Of a DNA stretch of 64,000 bases, positions 12,235-24,400 are shown piece after piece. Source of the stretch: Owenia fusiformis (Eukaryota). The DNA lies in contig CAIIXF020000001.1 of the NCBI GenBank assembly GCA_903813345.2, positions 47,368,001 to 47,432,000 of the forward strand, given 5' to 3'. The notes beneath the pieces were generated by a model that saw only the letters and a list, made by a program, of their open reading frames with translations, searched no databases and was not told where the DNA came from. How positions within the stretch are numbered: the stretch's first letter is position 1; each line of letters starts with the position of its first letter. The translations under genes and the position numbers were made by a program.

Positions 12235-15082
12235 CTGCAACAGACAAGGAGAAATGAATGACTATTATTCAATGGTATTGGTCTCAAAATACATGCAATA
12301 AACCTATTTCAAAATACCTCCCTATTATACAATAGAGGTGTACACAATTAACATAACTCTTCGTCAAATTTCTTTTTAATCTCAGAGCAAATCATCCAGA
12401 AGCATTCGTCTATAACATGTATACTTCTTCGACATACAAGTAAGTAATAGTGAAGTTTAACATACCCAGAGCGGCTATTTTGCTGATGAATGTCATTGTA
12501 ACGCTCAGGTCGAGGTCTCCATTGAGAAGCACGGTGTATATATTGCTAGCACCTCCGCCAGGACTGCATGAAACTACGAACAAACCAAGTCCCAGTCCAC
12601 TTTCCATCCGTAAGAGTCTGCTTATACCGAACCCAAGCTGTGACACAAAGATGAATTGGTCAAAAATTGTGTTGCTTTGATTTGATACTTGACATATGTG
12701 GATATGTTGTCGGTCTAAGGAGAGATAATCTACACGACGCACGAAGTACAGTGCGATGACTGTAGGATCCTTAACATATTTTTCATTTATTCATTCTCAT
12801 CGTTTTTGTATAATGTCAAGGACATGGCCACAAGGATAATGGTATATTTGGTGGGGCAGAATCAACGTTAGTTAATTAATTGAAAAAAACTAGGATGACA
12901 AGACGTACACATTTTTTGAGTGCTTGACAACGGCGCCTAGAATATATGGAAGGCTTATGTTCAAAGTTACATAAAATGAACCGTTGATTACTTATGATAC
13001 AGCACTTACACCATATACAGACTGCGCTATACGAAAACAAGCGGTGTGGATATCATGTGCGCAAGGTGCGAATATTAACTGTCAACCTTTCAACCTCTTA
13101 ACTGTTAAACCTTTCAACTTTCAAAATGCAAATACAATTTGTCTTGATAGGTCAACTCGATCACCATTATTGAATGAATACTGTTTATGCTGTGAAACAG
13201 CTGCAGTTTCAACTTATTTGCTTTGGAGAGAGTATCATTGCTTGATGTGTCGCTATAGAATGATCTTCACGCCTATTTACACAATGTCCTTTTTAATAGA
13301 GAACCTGTACACATGTATGAATATAATTGAGTACTCAACATGTCTTAGTTGGTGAAATATCAAAAAATCAAATTAAAAAATGACCGTTAATATCCGCACC
13401 TTGCGCACATGATGTACCGCTTGTGTTCGTGTAGCGATATATGGTTTATTTACAATAAAAATCTAAATTTTGGCTACTCTTAAATCGTGACACTGTTGCG
13501 TATAACAGTCTGCATAGAGTGACTTGGTTACCAGTATCACCATCAGGTGACTTGTTCGTGTCTGACAATATAGTGCTACGAATTGTTCCCCTTACTGTGG
13601 ATACAGTAGAGTCAATTTTGTTAGAATGATTATGAGAATATTTGTTATCAGTAATCCGAACATGACTGTATTCACGCCTTCTTTATAAACTGTCAATATT
13701 TCACCTGGTATGTATTAGTCGATAAGGCACCTGGTAATATGAGTAATGTGTGACGTCATAACGGCGGGTCGTAGTAATGACGAGCAATCATGGATATTCG
13801 AAAATAATTTGGTTTCATGTTCGAATCGTAATATAGACCTCAGAGCAGGTGTTCTATCGACAAGTACATAGGCCAACCTTAGGGTCGTTCGGGGTACAGG
13901 AATCATTTTTGCCCAGCCCTGTGGTATATATTGTGGTCGATATAACACCTGCTCTTCAGTCTATATATTATTATTCATTCGAACATTAATTATTACTGAT
14001 TCGAACTACGATGTTATTCGACGAAAAAATTCAGTTTTTAAAACCAAATTATTTTCTTGTTGATATAAAAAATTAAAAGCACATTTTTTACTGTTATTGC
14101 ATCCGTATATTTCAGATATGATATCGCCTTGATTATAGTACTAAGGATGAAAATAAAGATTATTTCTTATGTTATCAAGTATATTAGAAGGCACTGGGTT
14201 CATTAAAAGAACACTGTCAACGGTATTTACTTTCTTTGAATGTCAAAAACAACTAAAGGTAACCTTGAAGGTAATCTTTTACAACTACTGTACAAATAGT
14301 TTCAACGCCAACTTTAACTGAATATAACCCTGACAAAGGTCTAGGGGTCTGTGGCAATCACTACCCTCTGATTGGGACAAAAATTTGATTCGCGATAAAA
14401 ATATCTGCATTACCCTAACAGTGTTGAAGGTAGTTGAAATATGAAGTAAACTTTTGAAAAGGGTATATTACATGTATATGTAGCTCACCAATGGCATCAG
14501 TATAAACTGACACAAAAATCCAATTGCAGGAGCGATGGGCTTCTTCAGAACCTCCCATATTATTTTAAGATCCACGGAACATCCCATCATGACAGTTAAT
14601 ATAATCACTATTATTGCAAGACCGACTGTAAAGATAGTCTGTTCTACACGCTCTTCTCTTATTATTGCAACACGGTATCGGGTTACTAATTCCCCCTTTG
14701 TGATGCAAGGTGTCTTGCCTCCCTCGCTGCATGACTGCTCTGGTGGGACATGGTGAATTGTCACACGGAGAGTTGTTCTTCCGAGGCGGTTGCCACGGAT
14801 TGTAAACGAGGAAGGAATGACAGACCCAATGGCTGCATCGGTGAACAATGTCGTCCGGTTCCTGATAATGTCTACTATGCCGGTGTTCTCAGACTGGATA
14901 TTAATACTCGTATTGTTGCTGTAGCAACACGTGTAGTTATAGAACACATCTCTGTCTTGGTTTTCCACTTGTCCTTCGATGCTTTCTGGATGGAATGTTA
15001 TATTGTAACTACCACCCACTTCGAGCGCTTTGAAGTTCAAAATAAATACAAATATAAGTGCAAAATCTTTGAAGACCGCCAT
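11513..15082 (-). CDS. SLC10 (SBF/BASS) sodium/bile acid cotransporter-family protein, long N-terminal ectodomain type; exons 15082-14489, 12637-12466, 12234-11513; 495 aa
   Basis: Motifs MGCS, LKKPIAPAIGFLCQFILMPL, SCSPGGGASN, GDLDLSVTMT, TIAIETGIQ, FPxPEADL. Hydrophobic signal peptide at the N-terminus. Introns GT-AG with phases 0 and 1. Confidence 0.95.
12466..12637 (-). CDS. SLC10 exon 2 (SPGGGASN motif)
   Basis: cacag acceptor, G|GTATGT donor. Confidence 0.93.
13024..13436. mobile_element. MITE with ~60-bp inverted arms in SLC10 intron 1
   Basis: CGCTATACGAAAACAAGCGG...CATGTGCGCAAGGTGCGAATATTAAC vs GTTAATATCCGCACCTTGCGCACATG...CCGCTTGTGTTCGTGTAGCG. Confidence 0.65.
13650..13995 (+). 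mobile_element. Hairpin-terminated element (asymmetric TIR, Crypton-like architecture)
   Basis: Hairpin ATATAGAC..GAGCAGGTGTT.TATCGAC / GTCGATATAACACCTGCTC..GTCTATAT at 13831-13966. Confidence 0.45.
14489..15082 (-). CDS. SLC10 exon 1 (signal peptide, ectodomain, first TM segments)
   Basis: ATG at 15082; donor TTG|GTGAGC at 14489/14488. Confidence 0.92.
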
Positions 15083-16024
15083 CGTCCTCGTTTGGATTTT
15101 AAAAAAAACAGCTGTTCTTTTCTATGAAGGCATTAGATTTGACATTGGTACTTGGTCAAGAATCTGCACATGTAGCTTACATGTGCTTTCTCCGTAAATA
15201 ACATGTTTTGTAACATCTGTCCTCGTAATCAGGACTTGGATGGACTCTGGTTAAATCCTACAATTAATCACACTATTAATCCATAGTAAGGGATCTCTTA
15301 TTTAATCTACACTAATAGTAAAAAATTCACTATTCTAATTTGTCAATGTCAAGGAGGTTAAATTACAGGGTAACCAAAAAACAAAACTGCCTAAATGTTT
15401 TATTGTTTAATTCACGTCCACGCATTTAACTTTTTCATTTTGTAGACACAGAAACTATGATCTAAAAAGAAATCGGGGGTCAGGAATCAGGATGAAAATC
15501 ACGGAATATGTTAAATAGATAGATGGAGGGCTTCACTATATACCAACAGAACTTCGTTCGTTGGAATAATAAAATTGCATCTGTTGAGAAAAATGACAAA
15601 TCAAAATTCTGTGTTAAGATAGTATCCCTTCGATGACCTCTCTCTGTCCATTTTCACATGTTGAATTGACATTGACCAGTTGTCCAGATTCAATTAAAAC
15701 AGCAGCAACAGTCCCACGCCAATGGCTTCGAAATTAGTGATCACGCTCTTTGGAATTTCTTTAATCTCTCATTTAGTTTATAGTTTGACGTTTATTGATG
15801 GTTTATTTTTCTGGGTGTTTTTTGTGATCACCCTGTACATATATAACCTGAATTATATAAATTCTCAACGGCTGATAATAATAAGTGCATATGGCTTTGA
15901 GTTGTTTTTAAAAAGATATCATTCGGTGATAAATTTGAAAACGATTTTTACTATTCTACTACTATCTTTTTATGAAGCCGGACCCCATCCAATGTTCATA
16001 TCAAATCAGTAATGACTAGGCTAA

Positions 16025-16751
16025 AGGAGTGCTATCGATATGGAGAACTGAATTCAACAATGTTTTTCTCTTAAACCAATCATTGAAAACATTCTGTAAA
16101 AAACACGGTATTTTATGAAATGTTGACTGATTGACAACAATTTAATGCCAAAATTATTTAGAAATATTTTATATAACTGTTTTTGTTCACATTTTTTTGC
16201 AATTGCCTTTGCTCCTTTCTACCAATTCTTGAGAATGAAATAAAATGTCTTTTCGAACCTTGTTGGAACAAAATAGCATAATTATACAACATGTTTTTAG
16301 ACCTCTCAATATTATAGTTATACAAAGGAATTTTTAGTTGATTTTAAAAAAGTATTCAAAAAATTAAAACAAAATCCCCCCCAAAATAGATAAAAATCAA
16401 GATAAACCTTTCATTTCATTAACAAGATACTTTTTTTAAATCAACCAACATTTCCTTTGTACAATTACAATATTGAGAGACCTAAACATGTCGTGTTTAT
16501 GTCGTTTTGTTCTAATGAGGTTCGGAAAGATGTTTCATTTCACTCTGGAAACATGATACCAAGAACAAAACAAGCGTATGGTGTGTTTTCTAAAACAATA
16601 TAGATGAAAGTATGTATAAATTGTTCAAATTATATTGTTACCATTCAAAAGATGACCATTAAATTGACGATGTGTAAAATTTTAAGATTTATTTATGACT
16701 GGTTTAAGAGAAACGTGTGTTCAAAAGGTTCTCCATATCGATACCACTCCT
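16025..16751. mobile_element. Kolobok-like non-autonomous element
   Basis: TIR AGGAGTGCTATCGATATGGAGAAC / GTTCTCCATATCGATACCACTCCT; flanks CTAA/TTGA (degenerate TTAA). Confidence 0.7.
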
Positions 16752-16897
16752 TTGAACTGTTTTGTGTCAAGCAAATCTACTCTGCGTGTTTCGTTTTGAA
16801 TCTCTGTCTTAAAGATGCATATCTGTTGCATCATTACATAAGTATTTCCAATGTTATGAATGCTGAGTAGAAGTAACACCACGACCAACGACTTATA

Positions 16898-17842
16898 CAG
16901 GGTGTCTCAAAAAATGTACCCAAAAGTATATCAAGAGCACAGATAAACCAATCAATATTTTCAGTCATTTTTTGCATGGTCATGTATTCAAAACATGAAA
17001 GTTTTCTTCCCAATACACCATTTTTATTTCAGTCTCGTCTTTTTGATGCTTTAACCCTTTACCTTTTACACCACATAATCGATGTAACCTCATATTTCGA
17101 TGACAGCCCATATCCTTCCTGCTACATTGTTCATCACATTTGATAATAATTCCTGTGGAATGTTTTGGATTTCTCTTTTGATGTTGCCCTTAAGTTGTTC
17201 TAGGTCTTTTTGCTTGGAATAAGCATTAAAACACTCCTTCAAATAGCCACAGAGAAAGATGTTTGAGGATGACGATGGCAGAACAAACACAGATAATCAC
17301 GTCAATTATCGGCAAATAATTCAGGAGTTACCTTCCAGAGTTAGACAGGCTAGCCTAGAGACCAAATGATATCCAAATGAAAACACAGTGGTCTCAAATT
17401 GATACACACAACAAAAGCTTCTCTAGAATCCAAACCAATGCAGTTTCTTGAATCTCTGGCCTCTCTGTATAAGGGGGCTATAAGACATTGTGAGGGCCTC
17501 CCTATTCACCATATTTGATGGCCCATACTTTTTTCTCTGAGGCTATTTAATTTGAAGGACCATTTTTATGCTGAACCCAAGCTAAGAGACCTAGAACAAC
17601 TTAAGACCAGCATCCGAACAGAAATCAAAACATTCCATTAGTTCAGGTGATGAACAATGAATATGTGGTGTAAAAGGTAACGGGTTATAGTATCAAAAAG
17701 GCAAAACTGAATTAAAAACTGTATATAGGGGAAAAACCTTTCATCTTTTATCTACAAGACCATGCAAAAAATGTCTGAAAATATTGATTGGTTTGTCTAT
17801 CGTGTTGATATACTTTTGGGTACATTTTTTTGAGACACCCTA
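16898..17842. mobile_element. Tc1/mariner-derived palindromic element with transposase C-terminal remnants in both arms
   Basis: TA|CAGGGTGTCTCAAAAAATGTACCCAAAAGTATATCAA and its inverse; - strand FLCGYLKE...DLEQLKGNIKREI (17090-17290); + strand FFL*GYL..KD...DLEQLKTSIRTEI (~17525-17640). Confidence 0.8.
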
Positions 17843-18049
17843 TATAGTTCAACATTGAAATTGACACAGATCTTTTGATTAATGAGGCATCTATATAGAT
17901 TTATCTAAAATAAGCTACGTTTACAGATGTCCATTGACCATCCATTCAAGAGTTTTCGAAGATAACTGAAATTGTGTTGACATTGATATCTAAAAGTACA
18001 TGCATTCATAAAATTGAAAGGTAAAAAATTCAGTCTCAAATTTTGTGGT

Positions 18050-19200
18050 GTAGACAAAATCCACGGCATGGTGTCAAAAGGTCAACATACATTTGCAAAG
18101 CCGCCTTCCAGTTTATGGTTCATAAATCTATGACTGGTTTTGATCCCTCCTCGAGCATTAATGGCTCTCTAGCTGGGATCCTACTTAGAGACCAAGTTCA
18201 ATGTTTATCACTCTTATTTTCCGATATCCGTATTATGCATGTACACCAATCAAACTTCATAACTCTTGATTTATACTTTTCAGTAAAGTCTAGAAGTGTC
18301 ACCCTCTTTTTTCTGCCAAAATAATTTGAGATATCAGTTATTACTAGTTTTTTTGTACATAAAAATGCTCCCATTTGCATACAAAACAAAACTAAATAAT
18401 GTAGGATCGTATAGGTTACCACGATTGTAATAGCAAAAACCTCAGAAAAATCAAGAAATATGTCCTTTTGAACAACTATGATTTCTATTACTTGTATCTT
18501 TAGTTTTGATATTGCTCTATTGATTCCTTTTTTAAAGCAAATCGCTCGGAGTTCTCTGAAGTTATAAAGAATTTCAACAAGGGGTGATTTTAAAGAATTA
18601 TTCAAAAACATTCTAAAAATAAATCTCTGCACAGTATTAACATTATTTCACATAAAATATATCATTTAAAAGAACTTTACAATGACAGAAAAATAAAATA
18701 TTAGGTAGTCACATCATCACATAGACAATAGACTATTTTTTCCTATGATCTTCCTACTGATTAACATCACAAATTTTCTTTTTTTAATTGGTCCGAAAAT
18801 CGTAAACAATTTGTATCTAGAAGATAGTAAATAAGGCAAAAGTTTGGTTTCAGAACTAAATGATATCTAATGATTAGACTCCGGATGATAATCTGATTGT
18901 TTTGCCCCTTTTCTTTCTTCTCATTTTACTAGTCACGTTTTCTCATCAGATGTAAGGTCTTCGATCAAGGCAATTATATGGTCAATAGAGGAGTTTCTAA
19001 ATGATTTTGAAATCTCGCTAATTCTCGTTTTTTCATGAGATTTTAAGAGATTTGCACATGTTACCTCTAATGACTTACTTTTCTTTCTTTTTAATAGCAT
19101 ATTTGAATTCAGTGATATATTTCCTATAATAATAGCTTTGATTTACACATTTATGTCATTTAAATCATTCTCCATGACATTTAAAAAAAAAACTTGGGCC
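18050..19200 (-). mobile_element. Heavily degraded CR1-group LINE fragment (APE endonuclease to RT remnants)
   Basis: - strand fragments AIIIGN, KTRIS..S..SSIDHII, LLDFTEKYK in the expected ORF2 order; many stops and frameshifts. Confidence 0.5.
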
Positions 19201-19605
19201 AAATCTCCATTGATGTTATGCTAAAATTCTTTAAAACCATGGTTTAATCGTATGACAACCAACATTTTCATGTTTAATCACAATATGTTAATTGACAGGG
19301 TCATTTAATAGTATGTCATTCAAGTTTCAAACAGATTTAACTAACACTCTTTGATAAATCATGAAAATAAGTGACTATTGCAAGCTCTAAGCATAGAACT
19401 CAAAGGAAGGTTGGCCCAAGATGAACAAAGGTGACATCTATTATGTCAGCTTTATTCAGCTTTATTTAGCTATTTAGAAACTATACTATTAATGTGTAGC
19501 ATCTAGTGAGGAAGAAATGGAGTGAAACTTTTATTTAGGTTAAAGGTCAAAAAGTAGGTCAAATCTCGTTTTTACCAACTTTCTCAGTCGCATCATTGTT
19601 TTCTC

Positions 19606-19652
19606 TGTCTGTCCTGTCCTGTCCTGTCCTGTCCTGTCCTGTCTGTCTGTCT
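19606..19652. repeat. (TGTCC)n/(TGTC)n microsatellite, probably within a Helentron/HINE-like repeat (~19570-20870)
   Basis: Tandem TGTCC and TGTC units directly visible. Confidence 0.8.
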
Positions 19653-21360
19653 AAAATCGAAATATCTCTCATCTTGAGTCTGAAATTGAACTTGTTATAA
19701 TTATTAAAATTGTTCGATCCGTGGAAAACATGAAAATGTTCAAAAACATATAATTAGATGAAAAATATAAGTTAATATAAGTCTTGTTATGTCTAAACAT
19801 TGTCCAGGTGTAGATTTATAAGGTGCTAAAAGCATTTCCAAAATTGAAAGTAAATTCCTTGGGCAGATTTCTTTAAATCGAATTACTAACCATATATCAA
19901 ATTAAAAAAATAGACCCTCTCTTACACCCTCAATATCTTTCATATGCACAAAATGATTGATCTGATTATAGCCAAAATATATTATGTTTTCCTAGTAATA
20001 AAGTGAATTTATAAATTGGATTTTTGTTTGGACTTTTGCTCGTAAAATGACCCCTTTTTATCGTTTATCGTTATCCGCTATAACTGTCAGGAGCTACTAT
20101 GTGCGTTCTTTTACCATCGTTTGTACCAGGGAAACCTCGTGACGCGAATTTATTTCAAGGGAGTAGCCATGTAAGCTTAGAACACCGCAATGTTTTCTTT
20201 GGAAATCTTTTGATCGTTGTCATAGCATACTGTTTTGGTTATACTTAGGTGGTTCAAAAAGTTTTGCAGTTGATGCCATAACTTCAAGGAAAATAGAACT
20301 GTTACAATGAAACTTGGTACACATATGTTATACATTTATACATTATATGTGATTGGTTCTTGAGATTTGGTTGCTATGGTAACCAGAGTGGTGGGTACCA
20401 TGTTCAACCCGAAATTACGTTTTTCCAAATAGTTTTCTTGCTTGAATAAACTCTTTGTAAAGTGGCAATTAGCAGGTGTAAGTGTCTTTGGGTGGCTATT
20501 TTTCTTCAAATTCTTCAATTTTTCTAATTGTCTCTATGACATCACAATAGACAAGTGACACGATATGTTCCTTTGTGATGTATACTGTCCAAAACCCAGT
20601 TGAAAAATTGAGATGGAAAAGTGAGGAAATTTTTTTTCCAAATGCACTCTGAACCAGTTCATAATTATAAGTCTCTTGCAAAGTCTTGCCATTTTGAACC
20701 ATGCACTGTATCAGATTTCTATGGTTCCATTTCATCAATTTGGTTGGTGTGGAAACATCTGCCATTTTGAAAATTTTGGAAAAAAATTTCCGGGAAGCTT
20801 CAACGGTAGCATGGTATTAGCCTAGTATTCGCTTGCATCTTCAATTCATCATTCGAATTAAATGAAGTCAAAATTGGAGCTCCTGTCAAATTACAAATTA
20901 TCTTTCTAGCTACCATTTATGATAATTTAACCTTTCTTATCGATAATTGATACCTATTTCTTGGAATTGGGTATTCTAGAACGTCGATTGTGATCGACAA
21001 TATGGTTTGCCTAGTGAAAAGTCTGGCAATACTGAGAAATAAGAAAAGTGTTATACGACATGATATTGTCATCAACAGGCGTACGTCACCAACGTGTCAG
21101 CCCTAGGGATATAAGCCTAGCTTATTTGCAGCCTGAAATGGATGTGCAGTAGGCTAAATGTTGACACCTACCTTGGGCTGTAGAGCCATGCACTATTTAA
21201 AAACTCCACGACTCTTCAAAGTTCAAACAGGAAAATGCACAAAATGTATGTCGATATAACAACTTGCTTTTATTTCGCAAACACTACACAAGTACATTGA
21301 TGGTGGGACTAATCAATAAAAAGAGGGCGTCCGTATTCCTCATAGAACTGCTAATCTGGT

Positions 21361-21445
21361 CTAGTTGGGGCATCCTCGAGTTTTGAGAAATTTGTTTGGG
21401 GTTCCTAACAATGTAGTTTCATCAAAAATGTCATTTGTAGCGCCA
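21361..21445 (-). CDS. Subtilase exon 17 (GAT...GTPNKFL...stop)
   Basis: ttgcag acceptor; TAG at 21363-21361; minus-strand AATAAA ~21274-21269. Confidence 0.9.
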
Positions 21446-24400
21446 CTGCAAAACCAAAAACCAAAATAAGTTACAGATATTCTCAAATAAAACTACATGG
21501 CCTTTAACATACAGCCGTAATTCAGATAGATATTAGGGAGTTTAAGCTTGCGATGTTTTTCACAACCTAAACGTGAACGGAAAATATTTAAGCGATGCAT
21601 TTGTATGGGCGATGGGATTATTGCCTATTTCGTAAATCTTGACAAATACAGATTCCTGCATTGTGTTCTAACATTATGCCGCGTTAATCAAAATAAGCTA
21701 ATCATCGCTTGTTGGCCTTGTTTAATTGAACTCACTCTCTTTACACAAGATGATTTAAGAATGTCCCAAAAATTAAGAGTTGCATTTTGGGGTTGCCTAG
21801 TTCTATACAAGATAATTAAAACATTCTGACATATTCAAATCAATATATACGGTTCGTAATAAAAGTAAAGATTTCTTGCATTTGAGCAATTGCAAGTTAA
21901 AGATCTGTATTATAGTTACACGAGGTGCAATTCTGCCCAATGTCCGCAATTCTGCTCGTCTTTGCGTATTTACAAATACAATTATTTTTTACAAACATAA
22001 ACGCACACATTCTTTATTTGCGATTCATTATGATGCCTAAAGGAAATGCACGGGTTTTCACATACTCTGGTATACAAATCACTGACCCCCGGGAATAAAA
22101 ACAGAGATTCAAATGTTGGTGTAATACGACAGAAACGGTACAAGAAAAGTGAACCTAGGGCAGATTACGGCAACTTCACGTTCTCACCTAATTACCCAAT
22201 CCATCACCTCAATATTAGTTTTATCAGGATTTACATGCCAGTAACCCGCCATAGCACCAGACTAAAACATATACAGTATAGTGATTATGCAAGAAGTTTT
22301 TGTGGCGATAAAGACACAGACTTTGTATATATTATTCGCTTCCTTCAATTCATAAGCATTAATCAATGCCCTGACAAAACATCATCTGTCATGGTTTATT
22401 TTATAACTGACTGATCATGATGTATAGGTATACTCACGGCCAATGCGGTTGCTATGGATGAACCTGGAATGAAAAGAATTCAATTCTATAACTCTAGTAG
22501 AGTAGTAAGCTTTGCCCCCAGCTTTGCCTTCATATCGTTGAGACAGAATTGAACTACCCAAAATGTTTAGTTTAGACAGTATCCTCCGAACATAAGGCTT
22601 TCGAACCTTTTCCTCCTGTTAGGAAGATGTTTTCATTATAGCATCTTCGTGAGATTTCAGGGGATCGTTTATAAATTTACCGTTCTTATAGCAGTATGTC
22701 AATCCACCGTAATAGCAAGGGACCAAAACGTTCACACCCTGGAATACATTCATGTATATTAACATCCCAATAATACACCAGAAACTCGAGCAGTACAGGG
22801 TGGTCCAAAAAAAATGGGACACTCGTATTTCAAAAATAAATATTGATTTTCTTGATGAAAACATGTCATATTATATACCAGTGGATAGGGAATATACTTA
22901 TCTTTAATTTGGTATATCATAAGTTCAAATTTATTATAATGTCTGTCAACCAGCGTCCATAATATAAATGATGTCATTTTCATTTCAAAACGGGTTCTCC
23001 AAAACTTGCAAAACCAAGTTTTTTGTCAATTTTATTTACATACACAGAAATTCAATATGCCCTCCATTTTGATCAAATGTAGCCCTCAATTTTGGCCTAC
23101 ACTGATCAATAGTATCATTGATATGCTGTTGAGACAATGAATTTCACTTCTCAACAATTCTATCCTTAATAAGGGACTGAGTAGATGTAAGGGGTTCATG
23201 ATAAATCAATTCTGTTAGTTCTTCCAATACGTGGTCGTCGCAGACGTTGATATCAGATGACCCAATTATGTTGTTTTTGGACCATCCTGATATGAGCTCA
23301 TTTTTGAATCATTACATTTTCCAACAAGATGGGGCTCCAATCAATAGATCCCACAAGTGTCAAATGGTGAAAAGAAAACGTGCCAAGATTCATCCCCCCA
23401 CCCTTAACCACTGCCTCCCCAGATCACCCGATTACCCCATATCTGCGACAACCACGTATGGGGAGAACTAACAGAATTGGTGTACCATAAATCCTTTACA
23501 CCTATTCAGTCCCTGAAGGACAGAATTATTGAGAAGTGGAATTCATTGTATTAACAGCATATCAATGATGCTATTGACCAGTTTAGGCCAAAATTAAGGG
23601 CTACAGTCGATCAAAATGGTGGACATATTGAACGTCTTTTCACGTAAATAAAGTTGACAATAAAATTTGGTTTTTGCAAGTTTCGGAAAACCCGTTTTGA
23701 AATGAAAATGACGTCATTTATATTATGGACGCTGGTTGACAGACATTAAAATAAATTTGAACTTATAATATACCAAATCAAAGATGAGTAAATTCCCTAT
23801 CCATTGGTATATAATACGACATGTTTTCATCAAGAAAATCAATATTTATTTTTGAAATACGAGTGTCCCATTTTTTTGGACCACCCTGTAGATTGTACTT
23901 ATTTTTAACATTGCGTTCAGCATTTGTCAGTATTATTGGTTTTATGTTTACCAGGTATTTCAGTTTCCTTGCGAAGTTAAATGTATTTTCCCGTTCGATT
24001 TCTACGACATTTACAATATGTTTCTATGCTGAATATAAATGTTAAGTTACCGGTCCGACGATATCGACACAGCTGCCGTAACTCGAGTCCGGCCAAAGTT
24101 TGTCAGTTACATTAGACGCTGCAGCTGTAAGACTACAATGAAATTAAGAAACAGCTACAGGCATGGATTTATGTAGTTCCTAGAATAAAATATTTTTGAA
24201 CAAAACACCTTCCTGAATATTAGAAACAAAATTAGGCCACAGCTTTGATACATATGTTTCTAATTTTTAATTTACTGTTGCAAAGCGGTCATTTGATCGC
24301 TTATTTTCTGATTCAAAGTACTGATTCGGGTATTCGTTTTCATATCGTGGATTAGTAATACTCACGCTTCTGGAACACGGGCTGGAGTATTATGACAAGC

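Noticed and set aside
11646..15127. + strand ORFs overlapping SLC10 exons
   Set aside because: Antisense shadows of the real - strand CDS.
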